Assembly (NCBI RefSeq): GCF_000020025.1
Contig: NC_010628.1
Coordinates: forward strand, 5,820,001 to 5,852,000
Reading direction: 5' to 3'
Origin: Nostoc punctiforme PCC 73102
GTDB taxonomy: Bacteria > Cyanobacteriota > Cyanobacteriia > Cyanobacteriales > Nostocaceae
Length of the DNA stretch: 32,000 bases
Shown here one piece after another: positions 8,201-16,080 of the stretch. The notes below the pieces were generated by a model. It had not been told where the DNA came from, did no database searches, and was given only the letters and a program-made list of their open reading frames with translations. Position numbers and translations under genes: made by a program. Numbering within the stretch: the stretch's first letter is position 1; each line of letters opens with the position of its first letter.

Positions 8201-9106
8201 TTACACACATTGATGGGCGGGGAGTGGTTCAAAGGCTCCGCGTTCTTCTAAATTTTGCAGGATAGACTGGGCTGATGTTCCCCCCATGAGCGATCGCAAT
8301 ATTTGTAATCGCGTTCCACTATGGGTTTCAGTATCTAGTTCTTCTAGAATTTGGATTTTTTGCGATCGCGTCAGATGTCCTTTCACTTGTTCGATTGCTG
8401 CAAGTACGCTTTGTGGCCCCACCTGTACCATCAACAAAAACTGTGCCAATACATCAAGAATTATTGTTTGACTGAATGCTGAAACAGTAATTTGATTAAA
8501 CAAGGTAGTTCCAGTAGCGTGATGACGGGATTCAGATTGTAAAAAACTGGAAAAAAGTTCTGCTAAGACTGGATAACGGCATTCCTTTGCTAAACGTCGA
8601 TAATGGCTTAAACCCCATCCTTCTAAAACGACTTGCAGCACAAACAACAAAACTGTTTTATCTGCACTTTCAACTACTTCTGATAGTAAGCGCAAAAACG
8701 GATCATCCGTGCTAGTTACTTCCATTTCTGGTAAAAAATCGCTAATTTGATGAAGGTGGGTAGCTTCATCAGCCGTAAACAATGCATAAAGCATTCGTTC
8801 TTCAATTGTTTCTGCTAAGAGTACCATTTTTGCCATGTAGCCAACGCCTGCTTTTTCTATGAAATATGATTCTTCTAACAGGCTGCGGTTGGCAAGTTCT
8901 AGAATAGCAGATTGTTCAGTAATATTAGATTCTTGAAAAATATTGACTTGATGTAAATTGAAAAATTCAGCATCCCAATAATTTAATTGTGGGTAATTAA
9001 CATAATTATTTTGATTGGGTAATGCTGCTGTTAATATCCGTCGCAAACGGTCATCAGAATCTGTGTGTGGTAGGTCAAAACCGACAATGTTATATTTTGA
9101 ATCCAT
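8201..9106 (-). CDS. Ferritin-like diiron-carboxylate protein (two ExxH motifs)
   Basis: 301 aa. A four-helix ligand pattern is readable: LLEESYFIEKAG, FTADEATHLHQ (ExxH), VVLEGWGLSHY and LQSESRHHATG (ExxH). Its start overlaps the upstream Rieske stop by 17 nt. Confidence 0.55.
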   Translation of the reverse strand: MDSKYNIVGFDLPHTDSDDRLRRILTAALPNQNNYVNYPQLNYWDAEFFNLHQVNIFQESNITEQSAILELANRSLLEESYFIEKAGVGYMAKMVLLAETIEERMLYALFTADEATHLHQISDFLPEMEVTSTDDPFLRLLSEVVESADKTVLLFVLQVVLEGWGLSHYRRLAKECRYPVLAELFSSFLQSESRHHATGTTLFNQITVSAFSQTIILDVLAQFLLMVQVGPQSVLAAIEQVKGHLTRSQKIQILEELDTETHSGTRLQILRSLMGGTSAQSILQNLEERGAFEPLPAHQCV

Positions 9107-10151
9107 GTTCAGGGCTAGGTGTTGATAGGGTTTGAATATTTGGATAATTAACAGTGTCCCAAGTTGCCCAGGTTAAAGCTTTCTGGTGATTAACGTGCTG
9201 AATAAATTCCAGAATAGATTGATCTGCTTTAGTGGGAGTTTTTAAATCAAACTGAATTGTCTGAAATACCTGTGTATCCCCTTTTGCAAAGTAATTACCA
9301 ACTTGCTGAGTTAACCATAACAAACCACGATTTAAAACCCATCCCCAAAATCCCGGACGCTTGGGAGTTACAAGAATTGTTTGCCCTTCAGTTTTACCAC
9401 CTTCTATCATTCGCAGTGTAAATATAATGTAGAAGTGCAGGAAATCCGGCCCTAACGTCACAGTGCCAGTACTGCCATACCAGTAACACATACTATAAGT
9501 AACTTCGTTGCGATATAGAGGACGAATTAGGCGAATTAACCAAGAATCATCCCCTCCTCGTGTAGTGTTGCTGAAGGTAATAGCATTAGGGCTGAAGTTT
9601 TGAGAATCAAATATAATCTCTAAAGGCAGATTGTGTACTGTATTGAAATGGTGAGCATCAATTGCATTAATTAGCAAGACATTGGGATGGCAGTTTTTGA
9701 CAAATTTAGTCCCCAATATATAATCACAATCTGCCTGTTCTAGTTCTGGTACAAAAGGCAGCAAACTTGGCTTTTCTTGTCCCACCCAAATCCAAATCAT
9801 GCCGTACTTTTCTGCCGTATGCCAAGTTTTAATACACACAGGTAGCGGTTTTCCCAAAGAAGGAACATCTACACAAATTCCGCGACTGTCATACTTCCAA
9901 TTATGAAAAAAACAGCGAATTCCATCACCTTCTACCTTACCTTCTGCTAAATGAGCGCCCATGTGTGGACAATAAGCATCTATAGCTACTACCTGACTAC
10001 TAACTCCCCGATAAATTGCCAGATTTCTACCTAGCAAAGTTATAGCTTTTACCTTGCCAATTTTTAATTTTTTTGATGGTAATGTCCAGTACCATCCCTC
10101 TATAAATTGTGTCGGATTGTTAAACTTTGATTGTGGGTTTGTAGATACCAT
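9090..10151 (-). CDS. Rieske [2Fe-2S] non-heme iron oxygenase (paralog of 11158..12162)
   Basis: The Rieske motif is CPHMGAHLAEGKVEGDGIRCFFHNW and the iron motif is DAHHFNTVH. I trimmed the track ORF (start 10208) to the ATG at 10151 (MVSTNPQ...). The longer version would overlap the upstream gene by 52 nt, whereas the ATG at 10151 leaves a 5-nt gap. Confidence 0.85.
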   Translation of the reverse strand: MVSTNPQSKFNNPTQFIEGWYWTLPSKKLKIGKVKAITLLGRNLAIYRGVSSQVVAIDAYCPHMGAHLAEGKVEGDGIRCFFHNWKYDSRGICVDVPSLGKPLPVCIKTWHTAEKYGMIWIWVGQEKPSLLPFVPELEQADCDYILGTKFVKNCHPNVLLINAIDAHHFNTVHNLPLEIIFDSQNFSPNAITFSNTTRGGDDSWLIRLIRPLYRNEVTYSMCYWYGSTGTVTLGPDFLHFYIIFTLRMIEGGKTEGQTILVTPKRPGFWGWVLNRGLLWLTQQVGNYFAKGDTQVFQTIQFDLKTPTKADQSILEFIQHVNHQKALTWATWDTVNYPNIQTLSTPSPEHGFKI

Positions 10152-10156
10152 AAAGA

Positions 10157-10897
10157 TTAAATGAGAACACAATCTTGCACAAATTGTAACGATGATTCTG
10201 ACTCCCACATCCGTTTTCCAGCACGAGTGAGATTGTCATAGTTAATTTCAGTTAAACAAACTAATTCATCCCCTAATCGATAGCCGGGGTTTTTTTCTTC
10301 AAAAAACTGGATATGGGGGTTACTCTGTCTTCCTGTGGGGATTTCAATTAACGCCTCACAGAGAATTTGGGGATGCGGGAAATGGACGATACCAGTTGTT
10401 TCTTGGTATAAACTACCATAGTATTCGCGTGCTAAACTCACCATCAGATTTGTAACATCGGCAGGTGTTGTAACATCATAACGCGGATAGAAATCTTGCC
10501 AAAAAGTAGGGAGAAAACGATAAGTGCGAAAACCAGAGCAAATTAGCAGCCAGTAAAGTTTATTTTCTGCATAGTGTTGACGCAGAAAATTGATAGCGGC
10601 AATCCAACTACGTGGTAGTGTTGTACTCGACCAAGCACTAGGATCAACAATAGTGTCGCCGGAATATACCACACTAATTTTTTCTCCCAAAAAAGTCTTT
10701 TGGCATAACATCAAAGTTGAAAATCCTTTGAGTGCGTTGGATGTTTCATCCCTCAACAACAAAACCCAGTTTTTGCGTTCTAGATCCATTTGAAACCCAT
10801 CCCAGGTTATACCTTGGAAGTGATTTTGCAGCAACGCATACATGGCGATGCGATCGCTTGGCTGCAAATTTTTAACAGGAATCAGCAAACTTTTCAT
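10157..10897 (-). CDS. Conserved-looking hypothetical protein, possible GNAT-like acyltransferase fold
   Basis: A 246-aa ORF with no antisense competitor of similar length, embedded co-directionally between two Rieske genes. I recognise no diagnostic motif. The acyltransferase idea rests only on general resemblance (WVLLLRDE...GFSTL...VYSGDTIVDP...WLLICSGFRTYRFLP). Confidence 0.6.
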   Translation of the reverse strand: MKSLLIPVKNLQPSDRIAMYALLQNHFQGITWDGFQMDLERKNWVLLLRDETSNALKGFSTLMLCQKTFLGEKISVVYSGDTIVDPSAWSSTTLPRSWIAAINFLRQHYAENKLYWLLICSGFRTYRFLPTFWQDFYPRYDVTTPADVTNLMVSLAREYYGSLYQETTGIVHFPHPQILCEALIEIPTGRQSNPHIQFFEEKNPGYRLGDELVCLTEINYDNLTRAGKRMWESESSLQFVQDCVLI

Positions 10898-11157
10898 TAT
10901 TCGTAAATTACCTAGACTCGATTTGTATGATATTTCATTAAAACTTTATCGACCATTATGGTAAATTTACGGTGTAATGTGACAGATTCCAGAATGGTTA
11001 TCTACGCTACAATTCTGTATTCACATCTTGCACCTTTTGCATAAGAGTTGATGTAAATCGCGCACTCTACAAAATAATTAAGATGTATTTAGATTGAGAA
11101 ACAAAACGCAACATTACCAAAGCTTTTGTTGGGTTAAGCGATCGCTAATCTAATGTA

Positions 11158-12162
11158 CTATTCTACACCCCTATTTTTTGACCATCGAGACGGTTTTAGC
11201 TGGTTTACATACTCCATATATTCAGCTAATGGCTTATCAATACTAAGGAGCAACTTTGGATTAAAGCGAATATTGTCGTAAATCTTACCATCCTCATCCC
11301 TGAGCATATAGTAAGCCAAGCGTGTACAGAATAACAAAAACTGACTCAGCAAATATCCCACAAGACCTTTACGTTTTTCAGTTACATAAATCGGTTGAAT
11401 TCTCGTTCTTCCAGGTGCAATTGGAGTATAAGCATATATCATAAACAGTGGGGGAAAAAGCCTAACATCTTTCATCATTGTTAACAACCCAATGCAACCA
11501 TGAGCATAACGCATTGAATATTGATATGTAGAACCCAGAAATCTTTGGCCTAACTTCTCTCTCCAAGTAGTTTGAGGGAATTGTCCCCGCATTGTAAAGT
11601 CTATTTGCGTCCCTAATTCGCTGCGATGTAGCGATAAATCCATTTTGATGTCTAAATGATGAATTGTTTTTAAATGTTGAGCATCAATCCCATTCATCAT
11701 ACAGATATGGTGATGGCAACTTCTTTCAAATGCAATATCAGCTTGTGCAACAATTTCTTTCCCCTTCAATTCATCAAAATCAGTCATTCCCTCTGGTGCT
11801 TCAGCATCTGGATAAATCCAGATAAATCCATACTTTTCCTCTATTGCATAAGCTTGCAATTTAGCTTGACTAGGAATTTCTGATTGACAGGGAATATTTT
11901 GACAACTTCCTGTTTCATCAAATGCCCAATGATGAAATGTACAGCGAATCCAATTACCATCAACCTTCCCAATTCCTAAATCTGTCCCCAAATGAGGGCA
12001 GTAAGCATCTAAAGCCCGTACTTGCCCATCTTCACCTCTAAAAATGGCAATCTTATGACCGCATACTTCTACAGATTTTGCTGTTTTTTTAGGGATTTCA
12101 TGACTAGGACAGGCAATATACCAACCCTTAGCAATTACATTCCAGTTATTGAATATTTGCAT
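11158..12162 (-). CDS. Rieske [2Fe-2S] non-heme iron oxygenase
   Basis: 334 aa. The Rieske motif is CPHLGTDLGIGKVDGNWIRCTFHHW and the iron motif is DAQHLKTIH. The N-terminal region is collinear with the 9090..10151 protein. Confidence 0.85.
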   Translation of the reverse strand: MQIFNNWNVIAKGWYIACPSHEIPKKTAKSVEVCGHKIAIFRGEDGQVRALDAYCPHLGTDLGIGKVDGNWIRCTFHHWAFDETGSCQNIPCQSEIPSQAKLQAYAIEEKYGFIWIYPDAEAPEGMTDFDELKGKEIVAQADIAFERSCHHHICMMNGIDAQHLKTIHHLDIKMDLSLHRSELGTQIDFTMRGQFPQTTWREKLGQRFLGSTYQYSMRYAHGCIGLLTMMKDVRLFPPLFMIYAYTPIAPGRTRIQPIYVTEKRKGLVGYLLSQFLLFCTRLAYYMLRDEDGKIYDNIRFNPKLLLSIDKPLAEYMEYVNQLKPSRWSKNRGVE

Positions 12163-12568
12163 AATTGTTTGATAGATAATTATTTAATATTTCTTGTCGT
12201 TGGCGAATATCATCTTGATATTTACCCGTCAAAATTCTAAATAACATTTTACCTAAACAATAAGAAGCCCGCCAAGAAAATACAGCATCTTGTAAATCAA
12301 TATGGCTACGCTCAAATAAAAAATGTCCGGTTAATCCCAATAATTGAGTTAACGGTAAGCTTAAGAGCAACCAAAAGTTTTGCAACTTCCAAGTATAAAA
12401 GAGTAAACCGTAAAAAAAGAATATTCCCAAAATGTGTAGAGTAATATTAATTGGATGTTGATGTTTAAGAATAAAAATATCCCAATAGTCTGTAAAAGGA
12501 TGATCTATAATTTGATTATTAATTCGATTTCTTACCCTTTGTTTAGGATTAGAATTGATATTAATCAT
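12146..12568 (-). CDS. Mpo1-like / DUF962 family membrane protein (putative Fe(II) dioxygenase family)
   Basis: 140 aa. HQHPINITLHILGIFFFYG and LTGHFLFERSH resemble the H..N...H..G and GHxxFE signatures of the DUF962/Mpo1 family, as I remember them. It overlaps the downstream Rieske start by 17 nt. Confidence 0.55.
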   Translation of the reverse strand: MININSNPKQRVRNRINNQIIDHPFTDYWDIFILKHQHPINITLHILGIFFFYGLLFYTWKLQNFWLLLSLPLTQLLGLTGHFLFERSHIDLQDAVFSWRASYCLGKMLFRILTGKYQDDIRQRQEILNNYLSNNYANIQ

Positions 12569-12603
12569 AAGGGAGTGTATGATAAATCAATGTATTTTAT
12601 ACC

Positions 12604-12768
12604 TTAATAGTCATTATCAGCCACACAAATCCCTTTACATTTAATACCGTTCGTAGCAGTGCGCTGGCAATGAGAACATAGAATTTTTTCGTTTTCTGTT
12701 TCTTGAATTATCTCTATACTAGTGCTTGCCTGTAGCTTGTCTTTTTCGGTCTGAAGTTTTTCACTCAT
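12604..12768 (-). CDS. Unannotated small ORF, 54 aa, with a Cys-rich C-terminus (CxxC-x11-CxxxC)
   Basis: It falls below the ORF-track size cutoff. My translation is MSEKLQTEKDKLQASTSIEIIQETENEKILCSHCQRTATNGIKCKGICVADNDY*. It is co-directional with, and 35 nt upstream of, the first gene of the oxygenase operon. No clear SD is present. Confidence 0.4.
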   Translation of the reverse strand: MSEKLQTEKDKLQASTSIEIIQETENEKILCSHCQRTATNGIKCKGICVADNDY

Positions 12769-12998
12769 AAGAATGGAGGGATTTTTTGCTGTTGAAATTT
12801 TACAAGTTATTTAGGAGTGATTATTGGTGAGGCACTATCTAATATAGCAAAGTCATACCTGTCCTGAATAAAGCGATCGCTCCACCTACTATAGGTATTA
12901 CTTTAATAAAAATCGTGCGTTATATTTTCGTTAACGTAGCGTACAGGAAAAGCGATGCCTACGGCGGGTTGCACCAACGCACTGGCAATTATCCTTGT

Positions 12999-13775
12999 CT
13001 ACAACCCTGATAAGTGGGCAAAAACTTTTTCCTGCCAGAAATTAATCCGGTTTTCTCGTGTTGGTGGTTTACCCATTAGTTCACGCCAAGCACCATTTGC
13101 TGCACCACTGGGATGAGGAAACTCAAGGGGTTTGACTTCTAATTTTATACTTTTAATGGCGCTACTTGCTTTTTTTCCCCAGGTAATGACCGCAAGTGGT
13201 TCAAAAATTTCTAACTCTGCCTTTAGAACTTGAATGAAGCGAGTACAATCTTGCTTGTTCAGAGGAATACCGCGATCGCAACTAGCCTCACTGACCCATA
13301 ATTTGAAAATGTCTGTGAGGTAAACTCGGTATCCTGCATCTAGTAAGACTTTGATCAAATCAAAGTATAGTCTTGTATTACGCAACTTCTCCCGACAACT
13401 CTTCAAGTGTAAAGCGTATGGTGTTGCAATACCAATTTCCTCCACTCTTTTATCACTTTTTCTTAAAGGATCTTGTCCGAGGATAACAACAGTTTTCTTG
13501 TTTGAAATATTATTGTTCTTTTCAAGGAGACTGGGAATATCGACTCCAATAACTAAAGCGTCTTCGTAGCATTTCTGAAAACTTTCGTCGTGAGAGTGGG
13601 AAATATTTCTGGGAAGCCTCCGATCGTCGGGATAGCCCTCTAATTCAAATTCTTGCTGCATCTCCTCATAGAGAGCTTGTAGTTGACCTTGTGAAATATT
13701 CAGAGCTTTAGATAATTCCTTATGCAAGGCTTCAAATTCGTTGGCTTTAAACTGAGAAAACAAGTAATCTGACAT
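12999..13775 (-). CDS. Uracil-DNA glycosylase superfamily-like protein with a ~100-aa N-terminal extension
   Basis: VVILGQDPLR resembles UDG motif A (GQDP). FPHPSGAANGAW resembles motif B (HPS). YLTDIFK lies between them. I placed the start at the ATG at 13775 (MSDYLF...); the track uses an upstream GTG at 13799. Confidence 0.5.
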   Translation of the reverse strand: MSDYLFSQFKANEFEALHKELSKALNISQGQLQALYEEMQQEFELEGYPDDRRLPRNISHSHDESFQKCYEDALVIGVDIPSLLEKNNNISNKKTVVILGQDPLRKSDKRVEEIGIATPYALHLKSCREKLRNTRLYFDLIKVLLDAGYRVYLTDIFKLWVSEASCDRGIPLNKQDCTRFIQVLKAELEIFEPLAVITWGKKASSAIKSIKLEVKPLEFPHPSGAANGAWRELMGKPPTRENRINFWQEKVFAHLSGL

Positions 13776-13843
13776 AAATTTAGAAGCTATGACCAACACA
13801 ACATAAATGTAGTTTGTCCATAACTTTCAGTAAATTGATTGAT

Positions 13844-13859
13844 ATATCAGATATGATAT
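13844..13859. promoter_or_regulatory. Palindromic operator candidate ATATCA-gata-TGATAT
   Basis: A perfect 6-bp inverted repeat with a 4-bp spacer. It lies in the 109-bp divergent intergenic region, about 25 bp upstream of the HTH gene start. Confidence 0.3.
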
Positions 13860-13884
13860 AAATTCAGTATGGAGGAGTAATTTG

Positions 13885-14199
13885 ATGGATCAATCTAAGA
13901 GAGAACGTTTGGAATCTAAAGGCTGGAAAATTGGCACAGTTTCAGATTTTTTGGAGTTAACACTAGAAGAAACTATGTTTGTTGAAATTAAGCTAGCTCT
14001 CAGCCAAAACTTGAAAGAGCGTCGACAAAAACTGATGACTCAAAGTGAACTCGCTGCTAAGATTAGTTCTAGCCAGCCTCGAATTGCTAAAGCTGAAAAT
14101 GGCGATGCTTCAGTATCAATTGAATTGTTGATTCGGGCAATGTTAGCAACAGGTGCAACTCCTCAAGATATTGGGCAGGTGATTGCTGGTGTGGGGTAA
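13885..14199 (+). CDS. XRE-family helix-turn-helix protein (HigA-like antitoxin/regulator type)
   Basis: 104 aa from the ATG at 13885, with SD GGAGGA 8 nt upstream. The HTH core is LMTQSELAAKISSSQPRIAKAENG. Confidence 0.8.
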   Translation: MDQSKRERLESKGWKIGTVSDFLELTLEETMFVEIKLALSQNLKERRQKLMTQSELAAKISSSQPRIAKAENGDASVSIELLIRAMLATGATPQDIGQVIAGVG

Positions 14200-14228
14200 A
14201 AGCAATTCTATGCTAAACTTTCAAACTT

Positions 14229-14254
14229 CTCTTTGCGCCTCTGCGTGAGATAAT
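14229..14254. repeat. Dispersed short repeat, core CTCTGCGTGAGATAA (copy B)
   Basis: The sequence ctctttgcgcctctgcgtgagataat lies immediately 3' of the amidohydrolase stop codon. Confidence 0.6.
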
Positions 14255-15961
14255 TCAAACAGGAAACAAAACCGTTCCCAACTTTTCACGCCCCAAGCGA
14301 TCGCTCACTTCACCCCCACAAACAATCCGAACCCCATTAATATAAACAGCTTGCACAATCTCATCTGAACCACGCTTAACCATCCGAGGTTCACCATCTA
14401 AAATTGGATCTGATATCTGCACCTGCGGGCTAATTGGCTGATTTAAAGCATTGGGATCGAGTAAAACTATATCCGCTTTCGCACCAACTTTGACAACTCC
14501 CGTATCAAGACAAAACCAACCAGCAGGTTCGCCGGTAACGCGGCAAATCGCAGCTTCCGGTGAAAGGAACTTCGTTGCAACTGCTTGTTTGAGCAAAGAC
14601 AAAGCTCCATCATAGTAGCCCAGGTTACGGACGTGAGCGCCAGCATCGGTAAAACCAGGCAAAATATGGGGATGCTGCATCATCGCTAAACGCGGTTTTA
14701 GGCGATCATTTGCTCCTGTGGCCACCCAGCGTAAATCTGTATCGTATTTTTGTAATGCGTGGATAAATAAATCCACTGGTTCTTGTTGGTTTTGACGAGC
14801 AATTTCCGCAAAACTTAACCCTTGCCAACTTGCTTCGGGACAGTGGATAACTTCCATCAAATCTAACTGACGATGGAATGATTTACGCCGTTTACTGAGC
14901 CATTCTTGGCGAAACTGACGACGGAATATTTCCGATGCCCATAGTTGTTGTCTTTCTTCTCGTGACTGACAGCCATTAAGTTGTGCGCCTGTGGAGAATT
15001 CTTCAAATAAGGGAGTCACAGATCCATCAGAGTAAATGGTGAAGGGTTCAGTTAGGGTTTGAAAGCGCACATTACCATTTAGAAGCCGATTCCAAATAAA
15101 AAGTAGGGGGGAAAATATTCGCCATAGGTTGCGATCGTGTACGGCATCTAAGGCTGAGAGGACAGTTAGCCGCAGTGGTTTTTGTCCAATCCCTGAACCC
15201 ATCCGCAGAATATCTACAAAGGAAGTGAGTCTTTGTAAATTGGGTGTGACTTGAAAAACGCGATCGCACCGTCGACATAAATCTGCCAACATTGCATATT
15301 CTTTAAATTTCGCGTGTTGAGAGGGAATTGTGTAGCCTTGCCATTCTCCACTCATTCGATGCCAGGGAAACATATCAATAGAAATGCCAATAAAGCCAGC
15401 ATCTATTGCATCTCTGGCTATGCGCTGCATAAGATTTAGTTCAAATTTTGTCGGCTGAACCGTTAAGCTACGTTCTAATCCCATCACATGAGCGCGTAAG
15501 GCACTGTGTCCAAACATTGGGGCAACATTAGGGCCAAGGGGTAACTGTTGCAAATGCTGTAAATATTCTGCTGGTGTCTGCCAGGAAACCGACTTTTGTA
15601 GCCATTTTGCAATCAGCCGATGTGAAAGTGTCTCTACCCTCTGAAAAATATCAGCCAGGATTTGGGGTTCTGCGATCGCAACAGACAAGCTACAGTTACC
15701 AATAACCACGCTGGTAACACCATGACGCACTGATTCGCTTAATCCTGGTGCAATTTCTAACTCTAAATCGTAATGAGTATGAATATCGATAAATCCAGGT
15801 GTCACCCATAACCCAGAAGCATCAACCACTTCACGCGCTGGGGTAGTTAAGGAGGGTGCAAGGGTGACAATTCGTCCGTTTTGAATGCCGATATCTCCGC
15901 GCACAGGTAGAGAGCCTAAGCCATCGAAAATTAATCCGTTTTGAATCAGCAAATCTAACAT
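14255..15961 (-). CDS. Amidohydrolase, N-acyl-D-amino-acid deacylase (D-aminoacylase) family
   Basis: 568 aa. The N-terminus LIQNGLIFDGLGS...GDIGIQNGRIV...PGFIDIHTHYD carries the metal-binding HxH motif. The length and C-terminal beta-domain pattern are typical of this family. Confidence 0.8.
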   Translation of the reverse strand: MLDLLIQNGLIFDGLGSLPVRGDIGIQNGRIVTLAPSLTTPAREVVDASGLWVTPGFIDIHTHYDLELEIAPGLSESVRHGVTSVVIGNCSLSVAIAEPQILADIFQRVETLSHRLIAKWLQKSVSWQTPAEYLQHLQQLPLGPNVAPMFGHSALRAHVMGLERSLTVQPTKFELNLMQRIARDAIDAGFIGISIDMFPWHRMSGEWQGYTIPSQHAKFKEYAMLADLCRRCDRVFQVTPNLQRLTSFVDILRMGSGIGQKPLRLTVLSALDAVHDRNLWRIFSPLLFIWNRLLNGNVRFQTLTEPFTIYSDGSVTPLFEEFSTGAQLNGCQSREERQQLWASEIFRRQFRQEWLSKRRKSFHRQLDLMEVIHCPEASWQGLSFAEIARQNQQEPVDLFIHALQKYDTDLRWVATGANDRLKPRLAMMQHPHILPGFTDAGAHVRNLGYYDGALSLLKQAVATKFLSPEAAICRVTGEPAGWFCLDTGVVKVGAKADIVLLDPNALNQPISPQVQISDPILDGEPRMVKRGSDEIVQAVYINGVRIVCGGEVSDRLGREKLGTVLFPV

Positions 15962-16080
15962 GATTTATTCCCTTGGCTTCCTTGCAAGTTTTAGGGTATG
16001 GCTTTGAAATTCTCTAGCACTTTATCAATAAAAAGTTTGTTTATCTTAGCCTCATATCTTCTAATTCTTTAATTCCAACT

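Noticed and set aside
10152-10208. N-terminal extension of the Rieske ORF (track start 10208), and similarly 28073..28132 for the M48 peptidase
   Set aside because: The extended starts overlap the upstream gene or use TTG. Internal ATGs at 10151 and 28072 give sensible spacing, and the 28072 ATG also has a GGGAGG Shine-Dalgarno.
12999-14199. The UDG-like gene plus HTH interpreted as a toxin-antitoxin pair
   Set aside because: The genes are divergently transcribed with separate starts, which is not the bicistronic arrangement typical of type II TA modules. I kept the pair as a regulator-enzyme pair instead.
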